Source: Paraphysomonas bandaiensis (lineage: Eukaryota; Protista; Chrysophyceae). Taken from it: 50,264 bases of DNA. A program made the position numbers and the translations under genes. The notes beneath the pieces were generated by a model that had not been told where the DNA came from, searched no databases, and was given only the letters and a program-made list of their open reading frames with translations. Of this stretch, positions 37,001 to 47,873 are shown one piece after another; position 1 is the first letter of the stretch, and each line of letters opens with the position of its first letter. The stretch is from contig CBFFRP010000422.1 in NCBI GenBank assembly GCA_965644295.1, positions 1 to 50,264 of the forward strand, given 5' to 3'.

Positions 37001-40000
37001 TTGGATCGGGTAATTCCTCGCCAAGTCAGTCGAAGAAATCGTCATTTGCTGGAGATAGGCGTTCTTACGAGCTTGTGTCTGAGATATCCAAGCAAATTAC
37101 AGGTAAGTTATTGTCTTGTATTCAAGTGTCAAAGAGGTGACTTTTTAATCATCTGAAAAGGCATGCCAACCACCAGAGGTGAATCGTCATCAAACAAAAA
37201 ACAGTTCCAATTCTGTGATTCCGAATATATTTACCTCGGAACTGGAGCAGCAGTTGAAAAGTGCAATTTGCTGGTTAGCATGTTAAACCACCAGCTTAAA
37301 CAGATTACGTATCGCACTGCAGATCCGAGCAAAAGCCAGGTCACTAATCGAAACACTGGTAGTTTGAGGCTTAATTCCAAAAAAATGATAGAGCTTTTGG
37401 ATGATATAAATCATGCATATATGCACTTAATAGATGCATTGACAGTGAAATCGCCTCAATACTTTAATATTGAGCAATATCAAGCGACGAAGGAATTTTG
37501 GCTCCGGTCAAAGAGAAGTATTATGCTGCGACTTCTTACAGCACAGTTGCTACTTTTTCAAGCACTGGAAAGTTCTAATTACAACAGCAGCACTTCTAGC
37601 AATGTATATATCACTGCTTTTAACATTGTTACCACTGCATTGAAAGAAGAGTTAACACAAGACCACACTGTGTTACTAAGGAGCGCTGAAAAAGGGATGG
37701 CCTCACAGTCATCAATCGGTGGTGATCGCAGAGTGATTCAGCCACTTAACCTTTCGCACTCGATTGTGATGGTGTGCTTCCGACTTCTCAAGTGCATTGC
37801 GCCTAGAGATCTTACGTCGTTTCGTGAAACTGAAATTCAAGCTTGGCGCGCCGTCCTTGACGATTCTGCTCTCTATCATGTGATTTTGAGTGCATTGTAC
37901 GTTATCTGCGAACAGGACTCTGTAAATACGCAGAGCGAGCTAGACTACTCTCTCTGGGACGACTCCACCCAGGTGCAGTCTGGAGTAGTGTTCACTGGCC
38001 CTCCAAGTATGCGGACTCCTCTAGCACGGCAGGCAGCGACAACTCCCTCACCTGGCCAGTCTCAGTCAACGCGACACACGACATGGGATGGACTGATGTG
38101 TGTACTTGACTACGTTCTGTATGAAGGTACAAATAGCAACGGTTTATTATTCTGCAGTCTGTTGGAAAACGGGCTGCTTGCATTGCTGACGTCTGCTCCC
38201 TTGTTCAAACACATGCAAACAATGTTATGTGGTAGTGGGCAACCTGTACATAAAGCAGCGGCATTTATGGGGTACAATGCGCAGACAGGCGAGGATTCGG
38301 CCCTCAGCAGCTGTTGGTGCAAAGTGGTACAGATATTCCAGTGTGCGCTAAGGTAGAAACTGATGTCAATATTGAAACAACACTGACTTTTTCGTGTAGG
38401 ATGTCTCGTATAAACGAGGAATATCACTCCTTAATTCAGAGCCAAGTTCTTATTTTCATCCAATCTTTTCAACCTCTACTTTTCTTACCGTTTCCTGACG
38501 GTCACGGGAGATTTTCTCTTTACCAGTTGTATTACTCAAAGTTAGTTGTGCAGTTTTTCGTGGACTGTGGTCGATTCACTCCTTCATGGAAAGTTATGGC
38601 ACGTGCTGCGTATGATAGACTGGTGGACAGGGTCCTAACCATGTTTACATTGTTCACAGCATTGTTAGGTATGGTAATGCATGATTCACGTGGGATGTGT
38701 ATGAATATTCGATATGTTTCTTCCCTGTATGTTGTATATATATTATGTTAGTTATATTACATTGGTGGTGTTATACAGGTGAGCGAAAGGACCACCACTC
38801 GCAACTTCAACAGATCCAGCTGCATCGTTCCCTTGTTGCTGTGTCGTCTCATGAGAAGCGTGAAAGATCTCGTAAGACTAGGAGTAAAAGCCGTTCATAT
38901 AGGTACTTTATATTGGCTCACCTATGTACAACTTATTACGACACCTTTTATGTCATATATATTTAATTAGCTCATATTTTTCGCAATGCAGCAATCAATG
39001 GGACTCCCCATCATCAGAGGGCGTATCTTTGTTTCATTCATCTTCGATAGACATTTACGACACGAAAGAAAACAAAGTACGATACAAATCGATGATCGTA
39101 TTTTTGGCTGATGCTGAAATGGGTATCATAAATGTACTCAACCCTTGCATGGCACTGCTAAGAGCAGAGGTCGATTATTCTATTTCCAGTGTGGAGGTGC
39201 GTGGCATGTAGATAAATGATCTTTAGATGCATGGGAAATAATTATAGCTCGCATGTGCCGTAAAATTACGATTTATTTTACCTGTGATGAATTATCTATG
39301 CAGGGATATAATATAGATTCAGTATACGGAAAGCTGCAGACTCACCACGAGAAATGTACTCTCGAAGTGGGATCTAGAATATTCTTTGTTTCCGCAATGT
39401 CAATATACGACGGCTATATTTCGGTAAGACTTCTGTACTTTATATGTGGCTTCTTTGACAAGTACTCGTTGCTCATCAGGGCGTGGTTCATAGCGTAGAC
39501 CACAACCGCAATGTGTACAGTGTTCGTCTTCCTGATGGAACAATTGAGTATGATGTCCCATGTCACGCAATCAGTTTCCAAACAACCCCACCTTGCATCG
39601 CATTCGATTTGCGTACTGGTGCTTCAAGTCTCACTACTGGCACTGTTGCAACTACTGCACACCTGCTGCAGCTGTTAAATTGTGTTCGGTACTGGGAGAA
39701 TGCAGTTGAATCTCTTGATGACAGGGATATCACTCTAACTAATAGCACCCCAGACGTCGATATGCTGTGTGGGCAGCTGGTTTATGTACTTGTTATGACT
39801 ATTGCACTTCATAGCAACAGTCAGATTGACATTGGTGATATTAGAAACCAATTACTCGATATCGAAGATATTATTGCAAGGGACGAAAAATCATATCACT
39901 GGATCAATAGCCAATCATGGGATAGAACGAGAGAATGGTTGGTAAAAATGATGAGTAGAATTTTAGGACCTACAGAATGGCCGTACAATGTCGAGGAAGA

Positions 40001-40244
40001 AGAGAGCATGGACATATCCCAAGTGTCAACCAGAAAGCCGAATACCAAGTTTTTAACGTACGTAATCAAAATATTGTGTGAGATGTGCATTCATGCAATA
40101 GATTGTTTAAACGCACTATTTTCTGTGTTTAGTTGATGATTTGTATTATGTACCTCACTTTTGATAAATTGCAACAGGGATAGAAGCCATGGCGGAGGAC
40201 ACTTGGGAAAATTGAGGGTGGGACCACAGTTTATAGACATGTAA
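31020..40244 (+). CDS. Large multi-exon alpha-solenoid protein, probable nucleoporin Nup188-like, with EF-hand pair
   Basis: About 9.2 kb of + strand exons joined by short introns. N-terminal LNIDEIQATVLL..ES..VWHLLQELLRI..HVYH and the SH3-like insertion SPFSGCLGRVIE..VVNWDAHVKW resemble Nup188. EF-hand DIDGNGTISREEL. The last exon rejoins in phase to a stop at 40242-40244. Confidence 0.6.
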
Positions 40245-41144
40245 TGCTAGGAGAGTTTAGTTTAAGAAGATGAAGGCAAAGTTATAATGTTAAGCATTGT
40301 TCTTACACTATACGATATATACTTCATCATGCACTCGCTCATGTAGATAGAAAACATGAGTCTATGTAGTAGTGACTCTTGGAGGAAAGAGTATAATCCC
40401 CACTCAGTGTCGACTTCTTTATTAGATATGCGTACATACATTGGTAAGGCAAAGAAAAATACATGACGAAAAATATGGGTACTGTCATCAAGGGCAGGAC
40501 CTGGTAACCGTTAGGCATTATAATTGCCGGGAACCGGACTACCATTAATGGTATCCCCTTAATGACCTGTACTGCTATATATAGAACTCAGTGTTTTAAG
40601 ATAATATAGTATCTCCTCTATACTCCGAAGAAACTCTAAACAATATTAGACAGCAATGTTCATGCAACTCTACAGGCACTCTGTGGCAGCTTTGTTCATT
40701 GTCTTCTCAATGTTCCAGAGTTAGAGAATAGTTTCCTGAGCAATATCCATAGCAATGTACCCATATACACTAAAACTCTAAAATAATCATTAAAAATATG
40801 CATATTTCACCTAGAAAGCTTTCATAAAACACCTATTTTTCCCCAAAGTTGAAAGAAGCAGCAGTACACAACTCTACCATCCAGCATTAATCGAATATGA
40901 TGGCCAAAAATATTGATGGCAGTGTAATTTACAGTCTGAGTCTTCTTCCGAGTGAATTCAGAGAATCCTCTCAGTGCTCTGTATCATATTTGTTCGTCGT
41001 GCAATAATCGCCTCAATCAAGATATACAGCGAGGCTGCACGACTCTTATGTGAATCATATATAGCCAAGAAAATCTTTCTCTGCCCTACGGTGGCAAATA
41101 CCGTTCAACACAAAGTTTCACCTTATTAACCAGCTTTAAGCTCA

Positions 41145-43685
41145 ATGTCCCTATTAAGGGTATGGATGAGTCATGTCAGTGTGCCTAGGGCCTCTTCTCC
41201 CTCTCTTCGGCCACATTTTGCTGATCACCTCGTCTCCGACAAATCTCTTGTTTTACCACGTTGTACACGTTCCAAGCCTCACTGCCTGGCTTTGCGACTT
41301 CCACCCAACCTAACGGCTTCGGCTAAACCACGTGCCTGCACTAATGCAGCGCTTACCGCATTCATATGCCATCACATCAGTAGACATCATAGTCTCACCT
41401 ATCGAATTCTACGGTTACAACCACTCAAAACGTGGCTCGTGCGAGCAGGTCCACGCAAAAGATCCTCTGGTGCTCTCCATATGGTCACAGAATACTCTCG
41501 AACCCTCACAACTGAGCTACAGGGCTGCCTCCTGATGTCCACACAAAACAACCCAACATGGTTTCTCTGTGGTCTATGCATCCAGCAGGTTACCCCCTCA
41601 TTCTGTTCACCTATCACTCCCTCAGCCCATTCCTCTTATTGGACAGACACTGTATTCCGCATACGGTATATTCGGCTACTGTACTACAGTGCCCTACAGG
41701 ATGTATACCACACAAAAACGGTGCTAGCATGCGGTACACCACGTAGCCCCGGACCCCATCAATACCCTACCAACACACACCCACTCAATCTTGCTGGTTA
41801 TGAGTATATCACCTATGCAAGGCCCCAAAGTTCACGCTTAAGTCTCTTGCGCAACAACACTCGGTTCACATACAGATATACACCAACACTCTCTAGAAGC
41901 AACTTCGACACAATTTCAATGAAACGTGAAACAAATTCCAACACTTCCAGAACCTTCACTCCAAAGTTTGTTCTTCCCCCCTCCTATCAACCAACCAACA
42001 TTGATGCGCAGATCAAAAATGCTATCAGAGAACAGAAGAAAGCCAAAGCTGACACTCCCCAGCTACAGCTCCCATCGGTACGCACCTTTCTGGGATGGGA
42101 AAATGACCTACCTGTGGGAGAGTACAAAACACTCGTCCTTACAAACATAAAAGCTGCTGATGATGCCACCTTCCTGGGGATAACACACTACCTTATCCAT
42201 GAGTTGGGGTTTCCCATTCAACCCCCTACCCCCCAAGACATCGCTACCTTCAGGGCAGCCAAGGATGCACGAACGTGTTCAGACTTACCCGCTCCCACAG
42301 CGAGTAGGGTAGTCCGAGCGTTCGACCTAGGCAGACCTGGGTACGAAGTCCGACAGGGCATGGGAGCGAATGTTACCGCTGACTCATGTATGTACTCCTC
42401 CCCTCTATGCTTTGACCTCCATGTAGAAACGGGCACATCAGTCGATGACAAAGGCCTCCTTCGGACCGAACGCCGACATGTCCAGATATCACTTTTCCGA
42501 ACGCCACGAGAACTCTTCGTGGGTCGCACCAAGGATGAGCCCTCGCTGATACCAGTGGCGGCTATATATGGGCTACATGCAGACTCAGCGCACACCAGAC
42601 CTGCACATGCCTTTAGGTTACGAAACACGCTGGATATGCTTCTCCGAACGGGAGGTTTCCCCACGCTACCTCTATACGAAGTATTCTGGACTCTAACACA
42701 CTATAGAGGCAAGACTCGAGCCACTGATAAAACATATAGGTTCTATCAGATTCTATTACTCCACGATCCCATTCACGATCAGGATCTAAGAGCTAAATTC
42801 TATAAAGCACTCTTCAATAATGAAATAGGAGGACATGTCGAAATCAACCTCGGCTCACTCTGTTGTAGAATGGTCAGCACTGAAACACCCACGCAAAAGC
42901 AGTCCAACTGGACACCGTCTCAAGAACTCTTCCGCATCGCTGTCTGCTCTGAAACACTCCTATCTCCCATCCAAGTCTGGCAAGCCTGTGAGGCCATAGG
43001 TATCCCATCCACGGACATAGAGGACATCATTTGGACCGCCCGCAACCCACTCACAAGCGGGCGCAAAGAAAAAGAACGCTTAGTTGAACAAACCTACATT
43101 TACCTGGACGACAGGAATACCAAGATCAAACTCTGTTGGGAAATCTCACGCACAGGTATCGTGCCTTTACTGCGCAAAGCTCTGGGTGACGAAACTCTAA
43201 GGCTCCTCTATCACACCATAGCAGTCCCCCCTGGCCTCCCTACTCAGCGGTTTCTATACGGCCTCCATAAGGCCACAGACACAGCAACAAACGCCCCTCC
43301 CATAATACCGCCTCCAACGTCCCTTCAACCCTTCGGTCCAACTGTTGCTCCACAAATGCAGACCGATACACCGCGATCGTACACTCCCAAACGACAGCGA
43401 CAGATGGACACATCCCCATCAACAGAGCCAGCACCAGCTCCCACCTGCCCAGAGCTCTGCGAAATAGCTCTACACATCGCTTCAGATCTTGTACCTCTGT
43501 CAAAAATCCATGCCATCCTCGCGCAAATGGAAAACGCGGTTGCAGCTCTCTATGAGATCGATGCTGGGGCGACTCTCACGGTACTTGATTACTATAAAAA
43601 CAAGGTAGATCACAGTATCCCAGAAAGGTCCTCAGAAGAACACTCTCGGGTGGACTCGGACATCTTCGGCTCCGACTCCAACTGA
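41145..43685 (+). CDS. LINE ORF1 (gag-like position), no recognisable domain
   Basis: 846-codon open frame in first position. The real start may be downstream (e.g. ATG 41919, MKRETNS). Confidence 0.6.
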   Translation: MSLLRVWMSHVSVPRASSPSLRPHFADHLVSDKSLVLPRCTRSKPHCLALRLPPNLTASAKPRACTNAALTAFICHHISRHHSLTYRILRLQPLKTWLVRAGPRKRSSGALHMVTEYSRTLTTELQGCLLMSTQNNPTWFLCGLCIQQVTPSFCSPITPSAHSSYWTDTVFRIRYIRLLYYSALQDVYHTKTVLACGTPRSPGPHQYPTNTHPLNLAGYEYITYARPQSSRLSLLRNNTRFTYRYTPTLSRSNFDTISMKRETNSNTSRTFTPKFVLPPSYQPTNIDAQIKNAIREQKKAKADTPQLQLPSVRTFLGWENDLPVGEYKTLVLTNIKAADDATFLGITHYLIHELGFPIQPPTPQDIATFRAAKDARTCSDLPAPTASRVVRAFDLGRPGYEVRQGMGANVTADSCMYSSPLCFDLHVETGTSVDDKGLLRTERRHVQISLFRTPRELFVGRTKDEPSLIPVAAIYGLHADSAHTRPAHAFRLRNTLDMLLRTGGFPTLPLYEVFWTLTHYRGKTRATDKTYRFYQILLLHDPIHDQDLRAKFYKALFNNEIGGHVEINLGSLCCRMVSTETPTQKQSNWTPSQELFRIAVCSETLLSPIQVWQACEAIGIPSTDIEDIIWTARNPLTSGRKEKERLVEQTYIYLDDRNTKIKLCWEISRTGIVPLLRKALGDETLRLLYHTIAVPPGLPTQRFLYGLHKATDTATNAPPIIPPPTSLQPFGPTVAPQMQTDTPRSYTPKRQRQMDTSPSTEPAPAPTCPELCEIALHIASDLVPLSKIHAILAQMENAVAALYEIDAGATLTVLDYYKNKVDHSIPERSSEEHSRVDSDIFGSDSN

Positions 43686-43733
43686 CTCCTACTGGACTGG
43701 GACACAACGAACATCAAACGTACACTCATAGAA

Positions 43734-46700
43734 GTGTCCGCAGCTGCTCACACGTGGTTATCCCCCAGTCCACACTTACATATCCATAGTGGGCCCTCAC
43801 CTGACACAACGACCTTCGCCTGTAGCACCCACATGCGTCCACCACGTAAACCGCCAGACAAACAGTCGAGATCCACCAGTGTACATCCCACGAAAAGGCA
43901 TCAAGGACCGCACTTTTCCTGTGATAATAGTGGTGATGGACCACGAAAACGGCCGGCCTCGACACAACGTAAGCGAAACAACCTCCGGCGGCTCAGTCGC
44001 AAACGAACTCTGCAACAATTTCGTGAAGGAACAATCCAGTCCCTCCCTCCACACATACAACGTCAACAGACACGAAACAAGCTCCGCATCCGTGCCCACA
44101 ACAAGCAAGCATGGCGAGAGCATTTACAACACCTGGCACAACAGTGTGTAGACACACACAACATCGTGACCACTCCTATACCTGACACAGCACCCACAGC
44201 TGTTACAGCACCCCCCCGTCCAGAAGACTCCACACATACTATTTGCCTCCCTCCGCCCACAGTGGAGGACGAACAAGAGAGAACAATCACTGACACAAGT
44301 GTACTGCCTCAACTATTTGTGCCGCACCCTCTGCCAGCTGCCTTCACGGACCCCGGACTGCAGAATTGGTCCTTCTACTCGCCCAGCGGTCTGTTAGCCA
44401 TTGCCATACACGAAGAGGTGGTTCACAGTGTCATGTCCATGCTACAATCGAGGCACGCTTTAGAACGCATAGAACAGCACCTCAGATGTTCGCTTGAGGA
44501 GGGGAAAATGCTGGTTGCACGTCACTACACACACACAGAATACAACAACACACCAATGGAGGGCTTCTGCGGACTAGCTGCTATTGCCGCAATATACCAC
44601 AAACAACCGGAGGAGGACCACTACCCGTATTTAAATCCCGATGATCCAGCCTCGAAAGCAAAACTGCTCCAAGTCATTCAGACAAGCAGGACGGTACTTA
44701 GTACCTACACGCTCGCTGAAGCCAAGATGCTTAACTTTGCATGCATCCGGAAGAAGCTCCGACAGCAGCTAACAACGTACAACAAAGCACTACGCCGCAA
44801 ACGACCAACTGCTGTCGGAATACCCCCAGAGCAATGGGGCTACACAGACATCATAGCCCTCCTGGCAGAAACCCTGAGTATACGAATTCGTATCTGGCAA
44901 GATTCACCAGTGGACCTTGGCCACAACTGGGCGTACTGGTCTACCCACCATTCCTCCTTCCTTCCACAAACTCAATTCCTTCCATCTTATGATGTGTTTT
45001 GCTCCAACGACCACTTCTTCCTGGACACCAAATACCCGGTGGAGTTGGAACTACACGCGCTACTCGAGAGAATTCCTGACCTCGTCATCATGCGTCTCCA
45101 AAATGTGTTGCAATATCATTCCAAGGGAATGCAAGGAGTACATCGTGCCAGGTCCATCAACCATCCCTCCCACGCCCTTCAGGGGAAGGAATTCTCTTCC
45201 GATAACAGCGGTGACGGACCCAGCAAATCCACCCACACATTACCCTTACCCACTAAGGATGCCACCACACCGTATGCAACTCTATTTGACTATTTCCCAG
45301 TCAAACGGAGGCCACCTACCACCAACCCTACTCAACTGAACACCATGGGAACTCTAGCATTAGCCCCAGACGGCCCATCCTCACACTCCACTACCACTCC
45401 TGACATCAGGCCGGATGCACTGCCCAAGGACATTGCCACACACACCCGACACTACACAGAGGGCTGGGGTCACACGCCCTTTCACTCCGATCTGCTGAAC
45501 AACTGGGTTAGATATGATGAAACCCAAACCATTGCTGCCTCCCCACAGGGAAACCTTTTAAAAGAAATATATGCACACATGCTATCCCCTGCCTGTACAG
45601 ACATATGGGAAGGATTCATAGCCAAGGCTTCCAGGACGGACAACTATGATCTCATGATATCATTCACGCTACCAGAGCACAAATTGGATACCACGCACAG
45701 CGCCCTACTAGTTGCCCAGCATCTCGCGAATGGCAACAAACCCTGGGCAGACTCCACTCATGTTGTATCTAGGCATGTGCGGACCCTTTGCCTGACAAAG
45801 GGTATTCCCTCAACAGCCACTGTTAGTCTCCGTAAGACACTCATGCAATATGAATCCTCGACTCCACACACAGGACTACATCTAGACACGGAGGATTTCC
45901 AACTGCTACTCGATCTTCTCTCCATACCATACAGACTATGGGACGCTGTTCAACCGCACCTGGCGCCTGGTTGGGCACAGCTGTCACCATTCTCCAGACA
46001 GGCACTAACAGTGCACGCTTCTACCAACACTGTGGTAACCCATGACATCATACGCAGCCAGCATGGGTTTCACATACTCAATGCAACAAATATCCCCATC
46101 TGCATCATGCACGCTCTAACACGGACTCAGGAGCGGCTATCCTGTTTTCTACAACACCAGACCTCCAGACAGAGCACCAATATCCTCTGGACTTCTGAGC
46201 CGTCAACTGTACCACCTATGCCACATGAGCACAGAGAGCAACAGGAACAGAGGGAAGTAATTGCAGTCTCCTTGTCACCGAGAGCTCGACGTCAACTACG
46301 ACAGATGAACCCCACGGACCGTCGACAACTCAGGCTCCATATGTGCGACATGAGCAGAGTCTACCGCCTCACCCTCAGACCCTCAGCCCTTCGCACACAA
46401 CAACATATCCCTAGTGATGGGTACTGTGCATACAGCACACTCTATCATCTGCACATTCTTGCTTCAAGCAGGCGACACACTCGCTCCTGTCTAAAATTAG
46501 ACCTCAAACAACGCAAGGACCGTCACACGCTAGCATCTTTCATAAATACATTAGGCACCCAAGCGTTCGACATACTGCAACGGGAGTGCATGGCCCATCA
46601 CACACTTCAGCCACTACGACATAAGTTAGATCACGCACAGGCCGCACTTTTAATACCTACCAAAACAACATACACTACGGAAGACGACATAACTCACTGG

Positions 46701-47741
46701 CTCTCAGTGCGAGAGGTCCACCTTTTAGCCTCTACTATCAACCCCTGCACGACGTGGGCGCTAAATGGTAATTACCTCAGCATTGTAGGCATCCCTACTG
46801 ACAAAGTAGCTTATAACATCGCATGGAAGGTGGACGAACTTAGGGACGCTATTCGTGATAACTACTACCATGTCATACTACAAGATGCTCACTACTTCCT
46901 CTTAGACCCTGCCGGTCTTTCTACTGCCCTAGACAACGCCCTACTATCTCTTGAAAACACCTTGGCCACCAGTATACTCTCAACGGCTGACCCCATCGCT
47001 CCACCTACACTCCCCGCGGACTCAATCACGAACAACAATAGGACATCAAAGATGACCAGCACCAGAACAACCTCGTCAAGCAGCACCAAGTTAGCACGAA
47101 CAAATCGACAGATTCTGCAGGCTTCAACCCCTGGAGCACTACCATCGCACAAGAAGATGCAGTTGAAACACGCCCAAACTGCGTTAACAAGTCGATGCCA
47201 GCCAACCCGGAAAGCCAAAAAGGTCGTAAATTATGATGAAAGTGACCAACCAACGAACCTTCACAACTCACACCCAACCACGACCACACGAACGATCAGA
47301 CCAACTCCAGCACTAGATACCACCGGCTGGGACAGGGACTGGTCAAGAAAGTTCTACATTGCGTACGCCGATAACACTGCCAAAGGACTATCCCTTTATG
47401 CGAAGAACACATTCCCAGCAGACGTCATCATTGCTGAGTACAAAGGCAAACGCTATCCACTAACAAAGATGAGTCAGTCTACAAGGCGTTCTGATTACAT
47501 AGTTCAAGACAGTACTGGTACCTTCGCAATAGATGGCTTTGACCAAGTCCGACAATGTGTAACATGCGAAGCTGGGTATATTAATGACCCCCTAGCCACA
47601 AACATGGCTAATGTCAAGTTTGTCACGAAAAATAAACGCCTCTATGTCCGTACAATACGTTCCATTGCTAAGGATGAAGAACTTCTCATCAACTACGGAC
47701 ATCATCATTGGTGTGATCAGCATGGCCACTTGAGATATTAA
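43734..47741 (+). CDS. Accessory polyprotein: 2 OTU-like cysteine protease modules, 1 degenerate module, C-terminal SET domain
   Basis: PMEGFCGLAAI..QWGYTDIIALLAETLSIRIRIW..CSNDHFF and IPSDGYCAYSTL..HWLSVREVHLLA..LQDAHYF. SET: KGLSLYAK..IAEYKG..SDYIV..IDG..AGYINDP..ANVKF..VRTIRSIAKDEELLINYG..W. The track start is GTG, and the first ATG is 43833. Confidence 0.8.
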   Translation: MSAAAHTWLSPSPHLHIHSGPSPDTTTFACSTHMRPPRKPPDKQSRSTSVHPTKRHQGPHFSCDNSGDGPRKRPASTQRKRNNLRRLSRKRTLQQFREGTIQSLPPHIQRQQTRNKLRIRAHNKQAWREHLQHLAQQCVDTHNIVTTPIPDTAPTAVTAPPRPEDSTHTICLPPPTVEDEQERTITDTSVLPQLFVPHPLPAAFTDPGLQNWSFYSPSGLLAIAIHEEVVHSVMSMLQSRHALERIEQHLRCSLEEGKMLVARHYTHTEYNNTPMEGFCGLAAIAAIYHKQPEEDHYPYLNPDDPASKAKLLQVIQTSRTVLSTYTLAEAKMLNFACIRKKLRQQLTTYNKALRRKRPTAVGIPPEQWGYTDIIALLAETLSIRIRIWQDSPVDLGHNWAYWSTHHSSFLPQTQFLPSYDVFCSNDHFFLDTKYPVELELHALLERIPDLVIMRLQNVLQYHSKGMQGVHRARSINHPSHALQGKEFSSDNSGDGPSKSTHTLPLPTKDATTPYATLFDYFPVKRRPPTTNPTQLNTMGTLALAPDGPSSHSTTTPDIRPDALPKDIATHTRHYTEGWGHTPFHSDLLNNWVRYDETQTIAASPQGNLLKEIYAHMLSPACTDIWEGFIAKASRTDNYDLMISFTLPEHKLDTTHSALLVAQHLANGNKPWADSTHVVSRHVRTLCLTKGIPSTATVSLRKTLMQYESSTPHTGLHLDTEDFQLLLDLLSIPYRLWDAVQPHLAPGWAQLSPFSRQALTVHASTNTVVTHDIIRSQHGFHILNATNIPICIMHALTRTQERLSCFLQHQTSRQSTNILWTSEPSTVPPMPHEHREQQEQREVIAVSLSPRARRQLRQMNPTDRRQLRLHMCDMSRVYRLTLRPSALRTQQHIPSDGYCAYSTLYHLHILASSRRHTRSCLKLDLKQRKDRHTLASFINTLGTQAFDILQRECMAHHTLQPLRHKLDHAQAALLIPTKTTYTTEDDITHWLSVREVHLLASTINPCTTWALNGNYLSIVGIPTDKVAYNIAWKVDELRDAIRDNYYHVILQDAHYFLLDPAGLSTALDNALLSLENTLATSILSTADPIAPPTLPADSITNNNRTSKMTSTRTTSSSSTKLARTNRQILQASTPGALPSHKKMQLKHAQTALTSRCQPTRKAKKVVNYDESDQPTNLHNSHPTTTTRTIRPTPALDTTGWDRDWSRKFYIAYADNTAKGLSLYAKNTFPADVIIAEYKGKRYPLTKMSQSTRRSDYIVQDSTGTFAIDGFDQVRQCVTCEAGYINDPLATNMANVKFVTKNKRLYVRTIRSIAKDEELLINYGHHHWCDQHGHLRY

Positions 47742-47873
47742 TCCAAGCCAGGGCTGCGTACGACAGCGACATAGGCGGTGCCAATATAGCAGTATGGGAC
47801 AGACTCCGCAGACAAGAGTGGAACTCCTACAGAGACCTCCAGCAGCATCCCCAAGGATCCCTCGGGAGCAGCC

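Noticed and set aside
40541-40552. Isolated ACCATTAATGGT palindrome as another MITE copy
   Set aside because: No CAGGCTTGCG TIR or 8-bp TSD nearby.
41080-41200. Ribozyme or retroposon-like 5' signature at the start of the large LINE (TCAACACAAAGT)
   Set aside because: Only a ~10-nt resemblance, and P2/P3/P4 could not be drawn.
7968-47289. Many short antisense or alternate-frame ORFs overlapping the Copia, DNAAF4, PH-like, Nup188-like and LINE ORFs
   Set aside because: Shadow ORFs of real coding sequence with no independent motifs.
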